This document shows, one piece after another, positions 49,297 to 58,011 of a stretch of DNA of 64,000 nt. The DNA is from Candidatus Marinacidobacterium sp. (lineage in GTDB: Bacteria; Acidobacteriota; Vicinamibacteria; Marinacidobacterales; Marinacidobacteraceae): the NCBI GenBank assembly GCA_965220965.1, contig OZ244852.1, positions 256,001-320,000 on the forward strand, read 5' to 3'. Both the position numbers and the translations under genes were made by a program. Position 1 is the stretch's first letter, and each line of letters opens with the position of its first letter. The notes beneath the pieces were generated by a model, which had not been told where the DNA came from, made no database searches, and saw only the letters and a program-made list of their open reading frames with translations.

Positions 49297-50712
49297 ATGC
49301 CATCCGTCACGCAGTCCCAGGTTCTGGAGGCCCTGTCCGCGGTCCCGAACCCGGACTTCGACGGGTCGAGCATCGTCGACCTCGGACAGGTGGCCGAGGT
49401 GCGGGTCTGCGCTCCCATCGTCAGCGTGGCGGTGAATCTGCCCAACGTGGCCACCGGCGCCGGCGAGGCGATCCGGCGCGCCGCGCGCGAGGCTCTGCTG
49501 GGTCTGCCCGGGATCGAGCGGGCGGAGGTGTCTCTCCGGGCGACCGTCCCGGTCTCGCCGGCGCCGCGGGTCGGGGGACCGGCGCCGCAGCGGGGGCCGG
49601 GCCCGTCGCCCTCGACGCCGAGCAGGCCCGAGGGGGTCCGGAACGTCATCGCGGTGGCCTCCGGCAAGGGCGGGGTCGGCAAGAGCACGGTCTCGGCGAA
49701 CCTGGCCGCGGCCCTCGCCGCCGACGGCGCGCGGGTGGGGCTCCTGGACGCCGATGTCTACGGGCCGTCGCAGACCACCATGTTCGGGCGCGACGACCGC
49801 CCGCAGACCGACGACAAACGGCGCCTGCTCCCGCTGGAGGCGCACGGCGTCCGGTTCATCTCGATGGGCATGCTCTCCTCGAGGGAGACGCCGGTGATCT
49901 GGCGGGGTCCGATGGCTTCCCGGCTCGTCCAGCAGTTCTTCTCCGGCGTCGTCTGGGGCGAGCTGGACTACCTGCTCGTGGACCTGCCTCCCGGAACCGG
50001 AGATGTCCAGCTCACGATCGCGCAGACCGCGGCGCTGGCGGGCGCCGTCATCGTGACGACGCCGCAGGCGGTGGCGCGCACGATCGCGGAGAAGGGCCTG
50101 CGGATGTTCCAGCCGGTCCAGGTGCCGGTGCTCGGCGTCGTGGAGAACATGAGCGGGTTCGCCTGCCCCCGTTGCGGGGATGTCACCGACATCTTCTCGC
50201 AGGGCGGGGGGGAGAGCGTGGCGCGGGACCTCGGCCTGGATTTTCTGGGCCGCATCCCGATCGATCCCCGAATCGTGACCGCGGGGGACGAGGGGGTCCC
50301 GAGCGTGGTGCGCGAACCCGAGAGTCCGGCGGCCGCGGCCTTCCGGGACATCGCCGGTCGGGTGTCGCTCGCGGTGGCGAGGGGCAACGACGGGGTGGCG
50401 GGAGGGCTCGCCGCGTCGATCGATGCAGGCGACGGCGCGATCGTGGTCCGGTGGGCGGATGGCGAGACCGATCATCTCGACTTCGAGCTTCTGAGGAACC
50501 ACTGCCCCTGCGCCACCTGCGTGGACGAGTGGAGCGGCAAGCGCCGCTCGCTGACGCTGCTGCTGCCGTCCAATTTCGGTCCGAGTCGCCTCGTCCCGGT
50601 CGGGAACTACGGCGTCCAGATCCACTGGAACGACGGCCACGAGACGGGGATCTACAGCCACCAGCTTCTCCGGCGGCTGGCGCGCCAGAGTTCGGCGGCG
50701 GCGTCCGCCTGA
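49297..50712 (+). CDS. Mrp/ApbC/NBP35 Fe-S carrier ATPase with N-terminal DUF59-like and C-terminal DUF971 domains
   Basis: SGKGGVGKST, DADVYGPS, DLPPGTGD, ENMS..CPRC; C-terminal LRNHCPCATC...VGNYGVQIHWNDGHETGIYS. Confidence 0.92.
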   Translation: MPSVTQSQVLEALSAVPNPDFDGSSIVDLGQVAEVRVCAPIVSVAVNLPNVATGAGEAIRRAAREALLGLPGIERAEVSLRATVPVSPAPRVGGPAPQRGPGPSPSTPSRPEGVRNVIAVASGKGGVGKSTVSANLAAALAADGARVGLLDADVYGPSQTTMFGRDDRPQTDDKRRLLPLEAHGVRFISMGMLSSRETPVIWRGPMASRLVQQFFSGVVWGELDYLLVDLPPGTGDVQLTIAQTAALAGAVIVTTPQAVARTIAEKGLRMFQPVQVPVLGVVENMSGFACPRCGDVTDIFSQGGGESVARDLGLDFLGRIPIDPRIVTAGDEGVPSVVREPESPAAAAFRDIAGRVSLAVARGNDGVAGGLAASIDAGDGAIVVRWADGETDHLDFELLRNHCPCATCVDEWSGKRRSLTLLLPSNFGPSRLVPVGNYGVQIHWNDGHETGIYSHQLLRRLARQSSAAASA

Positions 50713-50737
50713 AGCCGAAGGCTCCCGCCGGTCCAAC

Positions 50738-52927
50738 TCAGCTCGCGGCCGCGGACTCCCCGGCGCCCGGGCTCGTCCGGTGCACCTCGATGACGCCGCG
50801 GACCCCCTGCAGCAGTCGGGAGATCGCGCCGACCTCCTTCGCGTTGTGCACGGCCACGGTGATCCGGATGTTCCCGCGGTCCGCATCGTCGGCCATCCCC
50901 TCGAGCGACCGGATGTCGGTGTCGGTCTCCGCGATCACCTTCGTCAGGTCCGCGAGGATCCCCTTCCGATTCTCGACCCGGACGGTGAAGCCGGCGTCGT
51001 ATCGGGCGCCGCTGGTGGAGCCCCAGGAGACCGGAACCCGGCGTTCGGGATCCCTTCCGAGGTCCGTGAGCTGCGGACAGCGCGCCGCGTGGACCGACAC
51101 TCCCTTGCCCTGGGTGATGTAGCCCGCGATCTCCTCTCCCGGGAGCGGGGAGCAGCAGCGCGCCCGGTGGACCAGGATGTCGTTCTGGCCGCTGACCAGG
51201 ATGTCACGGGACTGGCGCCCGATGATCCGGCGGACCGTCCCGGCGATTCCCTGTCCGCTGGCCTCCGCCCCGGACGCCTCGCGCAGCTCCTCGACCGGGA
51301 AGATGTCCCTGAGCAGCCTGGAGGGCGGGGTCTTGCCATAGCCGGCGACCGCGTAGAGGTCTTCCAGCGTCGAAGCCCCGTGCCGCTTCAGGGCGTCGGG
51401 GAGGCCGGGCGCTCCGCGTAGCCGCCGCAGGCTGAACCCGTGCGTGCGGGCTTCCTTCTCGATGAGCTTGCGGCCGATTTCGATGCTCTTCTTCTTGGCC
51501 TCGGCGTTGAGCCGCGCCCGGATCTTGCTCTTCGCGCGGTTCGTCCGGGCGAACTTGAGCCAGTCCTCGTTCGGCAGGTGGTTCTTGCGGGTGAGGATCT
51601 CGCAGATGTCGCCGTTCCGGAGCTCCTGACGGAGCGGCGTCATCACCCCGTTCACCCGCGACCCGACACAACCGTGCCCGACTTCGGTGTGAATCGCGTA
51701 GGCGAAGTCGATCGCGGTCGCGCCGCGCGGCAGGGTCTTCACTTCGCCGCGGGGCGTGAAGCAGTGGACCTCGTCGGGGTAGAGGTCGATCTTGAGACTG
51801 CTCAGGAACTCGTTGGGATCCTTGAGTTCCTTGTGCCGCTCGAAGATCTGGCGCAGCCACGCGAACCGCTCCACGTCCTCCGGGGCGAAGCGCCCGCCCG
51901 ACTTGTAGCTCCAGTGCGCGGCGATCCCCTCTTCGGCCACCCGATGCATGTCCCGGGTCCGGATCTGGACTTCGAAGTGCGTGCCCGAGTCCGTCATCAG
52001 GCTGGTGTGAAGCGACTGGTAGCCGTTGGCGCGCGGCATCGCGATGAAGTCCTTGATGCGGCCGGGAATCGGCTTCCAGGCATTATGGATGACGCCCAGG
52101 GCGGTGTAGCAGTGGGGCACCGTGTCGGTGACCAGGCGCAGCGCGATGAAGTCGTACATCTGGTCCAGCTCGATGCTCTGCCGCCGCATCTTGCGGTAGA
52201 TCGAGTAGATGCTCTTGGTTCGGCCCGAGAGGTCGCCCGGGATCCGCTCGGCGGAGAGCTCCTTGCGGAGCGTGCGGCTGATGTCCCGGATGAACTCGTC
52301 CGACCAGCGCTTCTTCGCCTTCACCCGCGACTCGAGCACCCGATAGGTCTGCGGCTCCAGATGGCGCAGCGAGAGATCCTGCAGTTCGGCTTCGATGCGC
52401 CCGATTCCGAGGCGGCCGGCGATCGGGGCGTAGACATCCAGCGTCTCGGTGGCGATCCGCTGCCGTTTCTCCTCGCGCAGGTGGTCCAGCGTCCGCATGT
52501 TGTGGAGCCGGTCGGCCAGCTTCACGAGGATGACCCGGGTGTCCTCGGTCATCGCGATGACCATCTTCCGGATGTTTTCCGCCTGGTTCGCCTCGGCGGA
52601 GCGGAAGTCGACCTTCCCGAGCTTGGTGAGGCCGTCGATGACCCGCCGCACATCCTTCCCGAAGAGGCGTTCGATCTCGTCGGCGCCGACCTCGGTGTCC
52701 TCCACGACATCGTGCAGGAGGCCGCACGCCACGGAGACCGGGTCGAGCTGAAGGTCGGCGAGGATGCCCGCGACCTCGAGGGGGTGAGTCAGGTAGGGCT
52801 CGCCCGAGCGTCGCACCTGACCCCCATGCGCCTGGGCGGCCACCACGTAGGCGCGCCGCAGCAGGTCAAAGTCGGCGTCCGGGTGGTAGGAACGGATCCG
52901 TTCCCAGATCGTCTCAAACCGGATCAT
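50738..52927 (-). CDS. Bifunctional (p)ppGpp synthetase/hydrolase Rel (RelA/SpoT family)
   Basis: HD domain LHDVVED, KLADRLHNMRT, RIKD, YQSLHT, EVQIRT, plus TGS, ZFD (CCSP) and ACT domains; ATG 52927. Confidence 0.95.
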   Translation of the reverse strand: MIRFETIWERIRSYHPDADFDLLRRAYVVAAQAHGGQVRRSGEPYLTHPLEVAGILADLQLDPVSVACGLLHDVVEDTEVGADEIERLFGKDVRRVIDGLTKLGKVDFRSAEANQAENIRKMVIAMTEDTRVILVKLADRLHNMRTLDHLREEKRQRIATETLDVYAPIAGRLGIGRIEAELQDLSLRHLEPQTYRVLESRVKAKKRWSDEFIRDISRTLRKELSAERIPGDLSGRTKSIYSIYRKMRRQSIELDQMYDFIALRLVTDTVPHCYTALGVIHNAWKPIPGRIKDFIAMPRANGYQSLHTSLMTDSGTHFEVQIRTRDMHRVAEEGIAAHWSYKSGGRFAPEDVERFAWLRQIFERHKELKDPNEFLSSLKIDLYPDEVHCFTPRGEVKTLPRGATAIDFAYAIHTEVGHGCVGSRVNGVMTPLRQELRNGDICEILTRKNHLPNEDWLKFARTNRAKSKIRARLNAEAKKKSIEIGRKLIEKEARTHGFSLRRLRGAPGLPDALKRHGASTLEDLYAVAGYGKTPPSRLLRDIFPVEELREASGAEASGQGIAGTVRRIIGRQSRDILVSGQNDILVHRARCCSPLPGEEIAGYITQGKGVSVHAARCPQLTDLGRDPERRVPVSWGSTSGARYDAGFTVRVENRKGILADLTKVIAETDTDIRSLEGMADDADRGNIRITVAVHNAKEVGAISRLLQGVRGVIEVHRTSPGAGESAAAS

Positions 52928-53027
52928 CGTCAGTGGCGCGTCCGGGCTCTTCGCCGGGGAGATCACCCCGGACCGCCCTGAGGCGACCGGGCCCGACGTC
53001 TCACCGAGGACGCCGGAACGCAAAGGA

Positions 53028-53064
53028 CCCCGCCAACCGCCGCCGAAGCGAGCGGCCGACGGGG
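53028..53064 (-). terminator. Probable terminator hairpin after the TPR gene
   Basis: Minus strand CCCCGtcggccgctcgc-TTCG-gcggcggttggCGGGG followed by tccttt. Confidence 0.35.
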
Positions 53065-53107
53065 CCCTGGATGGAAGTTGCGCGGTTGGAGGGAGAGGGT
53101 CGCCCCC

Positions 53108-54193
53108 TTACGGCTGCTCGCCGGTTGCGGCGGCTTCGGCGGCGGCTGCGGCCGCTTCCGCGGCGGCGGCCTGCTGGGCCTCACGAAGCGCCAGCGCCCG
53201 CGAGCGATACTCGTCCGCCTCGGCGGTCAGCGCCGACGCGTTGCGCGGATCCAGCTTGGCCTTCTCGCGGAGGAGGAGGTTCTTGTAGACGAGCGCGTCA
53301 ACGTACTCGTCGTTGATCACGAGCGCCTGGTCGAGCTGCTCCATGCCGAGGTCCACGAACTCGCGGCGATCCGATTCCGTGAGGTCCGGGTCGCGGTAGA
53401 CCTTGTCCCAGTAGTAGGTCGCGATCAGGTAGTAGCCCTCGGGGTTGTCGGGGTTCACATCGCGGGCCCGCGCGAGCCATTCCATGGTCTCGTCGAACCG
53501 GCCGTACTTGTTCAGGAGGTTCGCGACCTGGCGGTAACCGATCGGGTCGTCCGGGTTCAGCTCCACCGGCTTTTCGTAGGCGGCGACCGCCTTGTCGAGC
53601 AGCGGGTTCTCCTCCGGGTCGTGGTAGCGCTCGTACACGTCGGCGAGCGCGTAGTACCGCTCCGGCGCGTCCGGGTCCATGTCGATGAGCCGGTTGAAGT
53701 AGTGCTCGGCCATCTCGAGGTCGTCGAGGTGGTCGCGGTGGATCCCGGCGAGCTGTTCGACCGAGTAGCGCTCGTAGAGGCCTACGACCTCCTTGGTCTC
53801 CGGGGTCTGATCAGGGTCGTTCAGGATGGCCTCGACGACGCGCAGGGTGTCCTCGTAGCCGTCGAGCGCGGCGTCCAGATGCGCCTCGTTCTCCTCGTCC
53901 ATGTCGCCCGGCCGGTAGAGAAGATGGTGGCTGCTGGCGCTGAAGAAGCGGAGCGTCGTCTGGACGATCATGTGCTCTTCAGGCGCGTTCGCGGCCGCCT
54001 CGGCGTAGTGGCCGATGGCCTCCTCGTACTCCTTCTTGCCGTAGGCCTCGTTCGCCTTCTGGAAGGCTCGCATCGCCTGCAGCATGTTGATGTAGTTCCC
54101 GACGTATCCGCAGCCCACCGAGCCGGCCGTGAATGCGCCCAGAACCAGCGCCGCCAAGGCGGCGCGCAGAAGGGATTTCCTCTTCGCGGTCAT
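53108..54193 (-). CDS. Tetratricopeptide repeat protein, probable lipoprotein
   Basis: Lipobox-like SVGC and several TPR-like units (LIDMDPD, VELNPDD, RDVNPDN). Confidence 0.8.
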   Translation of the reverse strand: MTAKRKSLLRAALAALVLGAFTAGSVGCGYVGNYINMLQAMRAFQKANEAYGKKEYEEAIGHYAEAAANAPEEHMIVQTTLRFFSASSHHLLYRPGDMDEENEAHLDAALDGYEDTLRVVEAILNDPDQTPETKEVVGLYERYSVEQLAGIHRDHLDDLEMAEHYFNRLIDMDPDAPERYYALADVYERYHDPEENPLLDKAVAAYEKPVELNPDDPIGYRQVANLLNKYGRFDETMEWLARARDVNPDNPEGYYLIATYYWDKVYRDPDLTESDRREFVDLGMEQLDQALVINDEYVDALVYKNLLLREKAKLDPRNASALTAEADEYRSRALALREAQQAAAAEAAAAAAEAAATGEQP

Positions 54194-54216
54194 GATGTCC
54201 GTGGCCTCCTCCCCGT

Positions 54217-54621
54217 TCATTCGGGGACGATCCCGACGCGCTCGACGCCATTCCCCTTGGCGATGTCGAGGATGGCGACGACGTCCCCGTAGTTCAGGAA
54301 GCCGTCGGCCTTGAGGAAGATCGTCTTGTCAGCGCGGGTCTCGAAGATGTCGCGGATCCGGAGCGGAAGCTCCTCGCGCGCAACGACCTGCTTGTTGATC
54401 GTGACCTGACCCTGCCCGTCCACGTTCAGGACGAGCTGGTTCGGGTCCGGCTCCGCCTCGACGACCTCGTCCTGGCTCTCCGGCATCTCCACGTCGTGGC
54501 CCTGCTGCGTGAGCGGGGTGACGACCATGAAGATGATGAGCAGCACGAGCAGCACATCGATCAGCGGGGTGATGTTGATGTCCGAGGTGACTCCGCCGGA
54601 CGCAAAGCCTGACATTCCCAT
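54217..54621 (-). CDS. ExbD/TolR family protein
   Basis: INITPLIDVLLVLLIIFMV, FLKAD...YGDVV. Confidence 0.95.
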   Translation of the reverse strand: MGMSGFASGGVTSDINITPLIDVLLVLLIIFMVVTPLTQQGHDVEMPESQDEVVEAEPDPNQLVLNVDGQGQVTINKQVVAREELPLRIRDIFETRADKTIFLKADGFLNYGDVVAILDIAKGNGVERVGIVPE

Positions 54622-54660
54622 GATGGGTTCTCCTGGGTCTTCCCGGTGGTCCGCCGCGGG

Positions 54661-55074
54661 CTATTCGGTGGCCCGGTCGGTGATCAGGCCGATCTCGTCG
54701 GCGCCGCCGTCACGGCACAGTTCCATGATGTACAGGACTTCGTGGTACTGCAGTCGTTCGTCGGCCTTCAGGTAGAGCAGCCGCTCGGTCTTGCCTTCGA
54801 ACTTGGCGGCGAGCGCCGTCGGAAGGTCCTGCTGGGTCGTGGAGATCAGGTCGAGGTAGATCTCGCCGTTCTCCCGGACCGCGACGTTGACGACATCATC
54901 GCTGTCGGCGTGGTCCTGGCCGTACTCGGCGACCGGGAGCTTCACATCGACTCCCTTCTGCAGCAGCGGGGTCACCACCATGAAGATGATGAGCAGCACC
55001 AGCATGACGTCCGCGAGCGGCGTCACGTTGATGTTCGCGTTGACATCCTTGCTGCCAAGGCCTGCCATTCCCAT
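54661..55074 (-). CDS. ExbD/TolR family protein
   Basis: INVTPLADVMLVLLIIFMV, YLKAD. Confidence 0.95.
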   Translation of the reverse strand: MGMAGLGSKDVNANINVTPLADVMLVLLIIFMVVTPLLQKGVDVKLPVAEYGQDHADSDDVVNVAVRENGEIYLDLISTTQQDLPTALAAKFEGKTERLLYLKADERLQYHEVLYIMELCRDGGADEIGLITDRATE

Positions 55075-55183
55075 GTCGGATCCCTCCTTCAGTTGGAGTG
55101 GCCGGCGACCGCCTCCCGGAGGACGGGAGGCGGTTCAGCGACCATGGAAGTGTGGTTGGGGGTTGGGTTTCGGTGCCGGCGGA

Positions 55184-55855
55184 TCAGGAACGGCGCGACA
55201 TGTAGTCGAGAAGTTCCGAGGCTCCGTTGTCCATTTCGATGCCGAAGCCGTCGGCGCGGTTCGTCAGGTAGTTGAACGCCCACACCGCCGGGATGGCGAC
55301 GAAGAGACCGAAGGCGGTCGCGATGAGCGCCTCGGCGATTCCGGCGGAGACGGCGCCGATACCACCGGAGCCGGTCAGCGCCATGCCGCGGAAAGCGGTG
55401 ATGATGCCGAGCACCGTCCCGAGGAGGCCCACGAAAGGAGCCGTCGCGCCGACGGTGGCCAGCCCGGAGAGGTTCCGGCGGAGATCCATCATGTTGATGG
55501 CGGTGGCCCGCTGGATGGCGCGGTTGGCGGACTGGATGGTCTCCGGGTCCGCGCTTCCGCCCTCGGCGGCCTGGTACTGGACTTCCTGAAGGCCGGCGAG
55601 CAGCACCTTGGCGAGGTGGCTGTTCTTGACGCTCTTGTCCTGGCTGACCTTGATCGCGCTGTCGATGTTCCCGTCCTTGAGGGCCTTGGCGACCTTCGGC
55701 GAGTAGCTGCGCGACTGGCTCTTGGCCTTCGTGTAGGTGAGATAGCGCTCGACCATGACCGCGAGCGAATACACGGACATGACGGCCATCACGCCGTTGA
55801 TGAACTTGGCCGCGAAGCCCATGTGGCTCCAGATCTCGAGCAGATCGAAAGACAT
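55184..55855 (-). CDS. MotA/TolQ/ExbB proton channel protein
   Basis: LATVGATAPFVGLLGTVLGI, GIAEALIATAFGLFVAIPA. Confidence 0.95.
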   Translation of the reverse strand: MSFDLLEIWSHMGFAAKFINGVMAVMSVYSLAVMVERYLTYTKAKSQSRSYSPKVAKALKDGNIDSAIKVSQDKSVKNSHLAKVLLAGLQEVQYQAAEGGSADPETIQSANRAIQRATAINMMDLRRNLSGLATVGATAPFVGLLGTVLGIITAFRGMALTGSGGIGAVSAGIAEALIATAFGLFVAIPAVWAFNYLTNRADGFGIEMDNGASELLDYMSRRS

Positions 55856-55992
55856 TTCCGTGGTCCTCCTGGGATTCGTGGAAATTCGAGAAACGCCGCC
55901 GCGCCCGGGTCAACTGGGCCCAGGCGACGGCGGATCAGGAAATAGGGGAGTTGGTTCCGTTCGTCGCGTGGGCCTCAGCTGATCGCGCTTCG

Positions 55993-56709
55993 TCAGCCCA
56001 GGTTGAAGGTCACCGTGACGGACATCACGATCGGCACCGGCACGCCGTTGAGCAGCGTCGGCTGGTATCTCCACTGGCGCACCGCGTCCATCGCGGCCTG
56101 GTCCAGAAGCGGGATCGAGCGCAGCACCGAGATGTTCGTCACGTTGCCGTTCGGGTCGATGATCGCTTCCAGGATGACGACGCCCGAGACCCGCGCCTGT
56201 TTGGCGATCTCGGGATAGATGGGCTGGACGTAGTTGATCCGCGTCGGTTCGCGGATCTCGCCGCCCACCCGGACAGGAGCCGCCTTGGGCGGCGGAGGCG
56301 GGGGCCCGGAGGGCAGTCCACCGACGATGCCGCCGATGATCCCGCCCGGAACTCCGCCCTCGACGCCGCCAGGGACGCCGAAGTCGACGCCGGCGCTGTC
56401 GCCGATGTCATCGGGAATGTCCACCGGAGCCACGAACTGCGGGGTCGTGTTGAGGACCGGCTTGGGCGCCGACGGGCGACGGGCCGCCTTCGGCGGCGGC
56501 GGTGGCGGCGGCGGGGGCGGCGGCGGCGGGGCCGACGCCATGAAGGTCATGATGCCGTCCGGAGTCGGAAGGTTGACCGCGAGGATCGGGATCACGATGA
56601 AGATGATCGCGAGTCCCGCCTGCAGCGCGAACGAAAACGCGAAGGCCCCGGCGGAGCGCAGCGCGTTGTCGTCCTGCGAGGAGACATTGAATGTCACGTT
56701 TCTGGCCAT
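55993..56709 (-). CDS. Energy transducer TonB
   Basis: TM segment, poly-Pro linker, GGVEGGVPGG, TonB_C (YPEIAKQARVSGVV, QWRYQP). Confidence 0.92.
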   Translation of the reverse strand: MARNVTFNVSSQDDNALRSAGAFAFSFALQAGLAIIFIVIPILAVNLPTPDGIMTFMASAPPPPPPPPPPPPPKAARRPSAPKPVLNTTPQFVAPVDIPDDIGDSAGVDFGVPGGVEGGVPGGIIGGIVGGLPSGPPPPPPKAAPVRVGGEIREPTRINYVQPIYPEIAKQARVSGVVILEAIIDPNGNVTNISVLRSIPLLDQAAMDAVRQWRYQPTLLNGVPVPIVMSVTVTFNLG

Positions 56710-56872
56710 GCGGACCTCCTGATTCCCGGTGTCCCGTCCCCGACTCGGGTCGGGTCGTCACCCCCTGTTCCGGAAGGGAAAACGCGCCGCCCGCCGCCCC
56801 GCGACACCGACCCTTGAGAACGGTGCAAAATCAGGACGCCGAGGGGCCCGCCGGACCATCGGGAAGAGAGAG

Positions 56873-56902
56873 AAAGTAGCACTCCACGCCCCCGGATGTC
56901 AA
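56873..56902 (-). promoter_or_regulatory. Sigma-70 promoter for the tonB-exbB-exbD-exbD-TPR operon
   Basis: Minus strand TTGACA-18 nt-TACTTT with an extended TG. Confidence 0.65.
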
Positions 56903-56965
56903 CCGGAACAACCCGGAGTCGGGCGCGTCGGGCGCCGGGCGCCGACTCGGCGGAGCGGATGCCGC

Positions 56966-57754
56966 CTAGCGGAGGGAAAACCGCACCGTGAGGTCGCTGA
57001 GGGCCGCCACCGGACGCCCGTTCCGCTGCGCCGGCCGGAAGCGCCAGCCGGATTCGACGACCCGGACCGCTTCCTCGTCGAGGCCGGGAACGGAGCGGAT
57101 GACGCGCAGGACCTCGACCGCGCCGCGCTCGGTGATGAGCGCCCGGAGGACCACCCGACCCCGGATCCCGTCCCGCAGCGCGGCGCGCGGAAACTGCGGA
57201 CTGGGCATCGAGATGGGCGTCGGGGGCGTATCCGGCGGCGGCAGGACGGGGTCCGCTTCGGCCCGGGAAGCGCCGATCCGGCCGCCGGCGACGCCGCCCG
57301 CGAGGCCGCCGACAACGCCCTCGGCGCGTCCGAAGGGGAGCCCGTCGAACAGTCCCTCCGGGAGGCCGTCGGGCGCTCCGAAGGAGGCGCCGGCGTCGGC
57401 CGCCGCCTCGGCGGCGGCCTGAAGCGCCGCGGTCGGGACCGGTTCGGGGGGAGGCAGGAAGACCTGCGGCCGCCTCCGGGGGGCGGCGGCCGTCTCGGGA
57501 CGCCGGGGGGCGTCCGGTTCACCCACGGGCAGCGCCGCCGCCGGCGGGGCGAAGAAGCGCACGGTGTGGGCCGCTTCCGGTCCGGTGGGGATGCCCGCCC
57601 GGTCGAGGCTCGCGGACGCATGGAGCAACCCCAGGACGGCCGCTCCGTGGAGCACCAGGACGACCGGCAGCGACACGCGCAGTCCGCCGGCGGCGGCCGG
57701 AAAGTCCTTCGACGGCCGCAGGAGCATTCGGCGCGCAGGGGGTCCGGCGGACAC
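56966..57754 (-). CDS. Second TonB-family protein
   Basis: TM segment with His (VLVLHGA), Pro/Ala linker, TonB_C (PQFPRAA...GRVVL, WRFRPA). Confidence 0.85.
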   Translation of the reverse strand: MSAGPPARRMLLRPSKDFPAAAGGLRVSLPVVLVLHGAAVLGLLHASASLDRAGIPTGPEAAHTVRFFAPPAAALPVGEPDAPRRPETAAAPRRRPQVFLPPPEPVPTAALQAAAEAAADAGASFGAPDGLPEGLFDGLPFGRAEGVVGGLAGGVAGGRIGASRAEADPVLPPPDTPPTPISMPSPQFPRAALRDGIRGRVVLRALITERGAVEVLRVIRSVPGLDEEAVRVVESGWRFRPAQRNGRPVAALSDLTVRFSLR

Positions 57755-57767
57755 GATCGTTGGTCTA

Positions 57768-57949
57768 GCAACCTGTTGACAAAGTCACGCGGCGTTCGAG
57801 CGGCGATGCATCCCGCCCGAACCGCGCCCCTTCGGGGCGCTCATCGTTCCGTTTCGCTCGGAATATTCCCGATATTCCTCGCTCACGCGCCTTGTCGGCC
57901 GGGCGCCTCACCGCTCTCGGCGCTGCACGGGACTTCATCAACAGGCTGC
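57768..57949. mobile_element. MITE-like element, 182 bp, with 19-bp imperfect terminal inverted repeats
   Basis: GCAACCTGTTGACAAAGTC ... GACTTCATCAACAGGCTGC (16/19 match), internal hairpins, no convincing ORF. Confidence 0.65.
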
Positions 57950-58011
57950 CCGCCCGCCAGTCTACCGGGGGACCCCCGGCGCTGCCGGAAGGCGGGCGGG
58001 TTCGGGCCCGA

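Noticed and set aside
56487-56532. GGC-rich low-complexity tract
   Set aside because: It encodes the normal poly-proline linker of TonB.
56824-56842. Possible sigma-54 promoter (GGCG...TTGCA) in the tonB leader
   Set aside because: The GG-to-GC spacing is 12, not the required 10.
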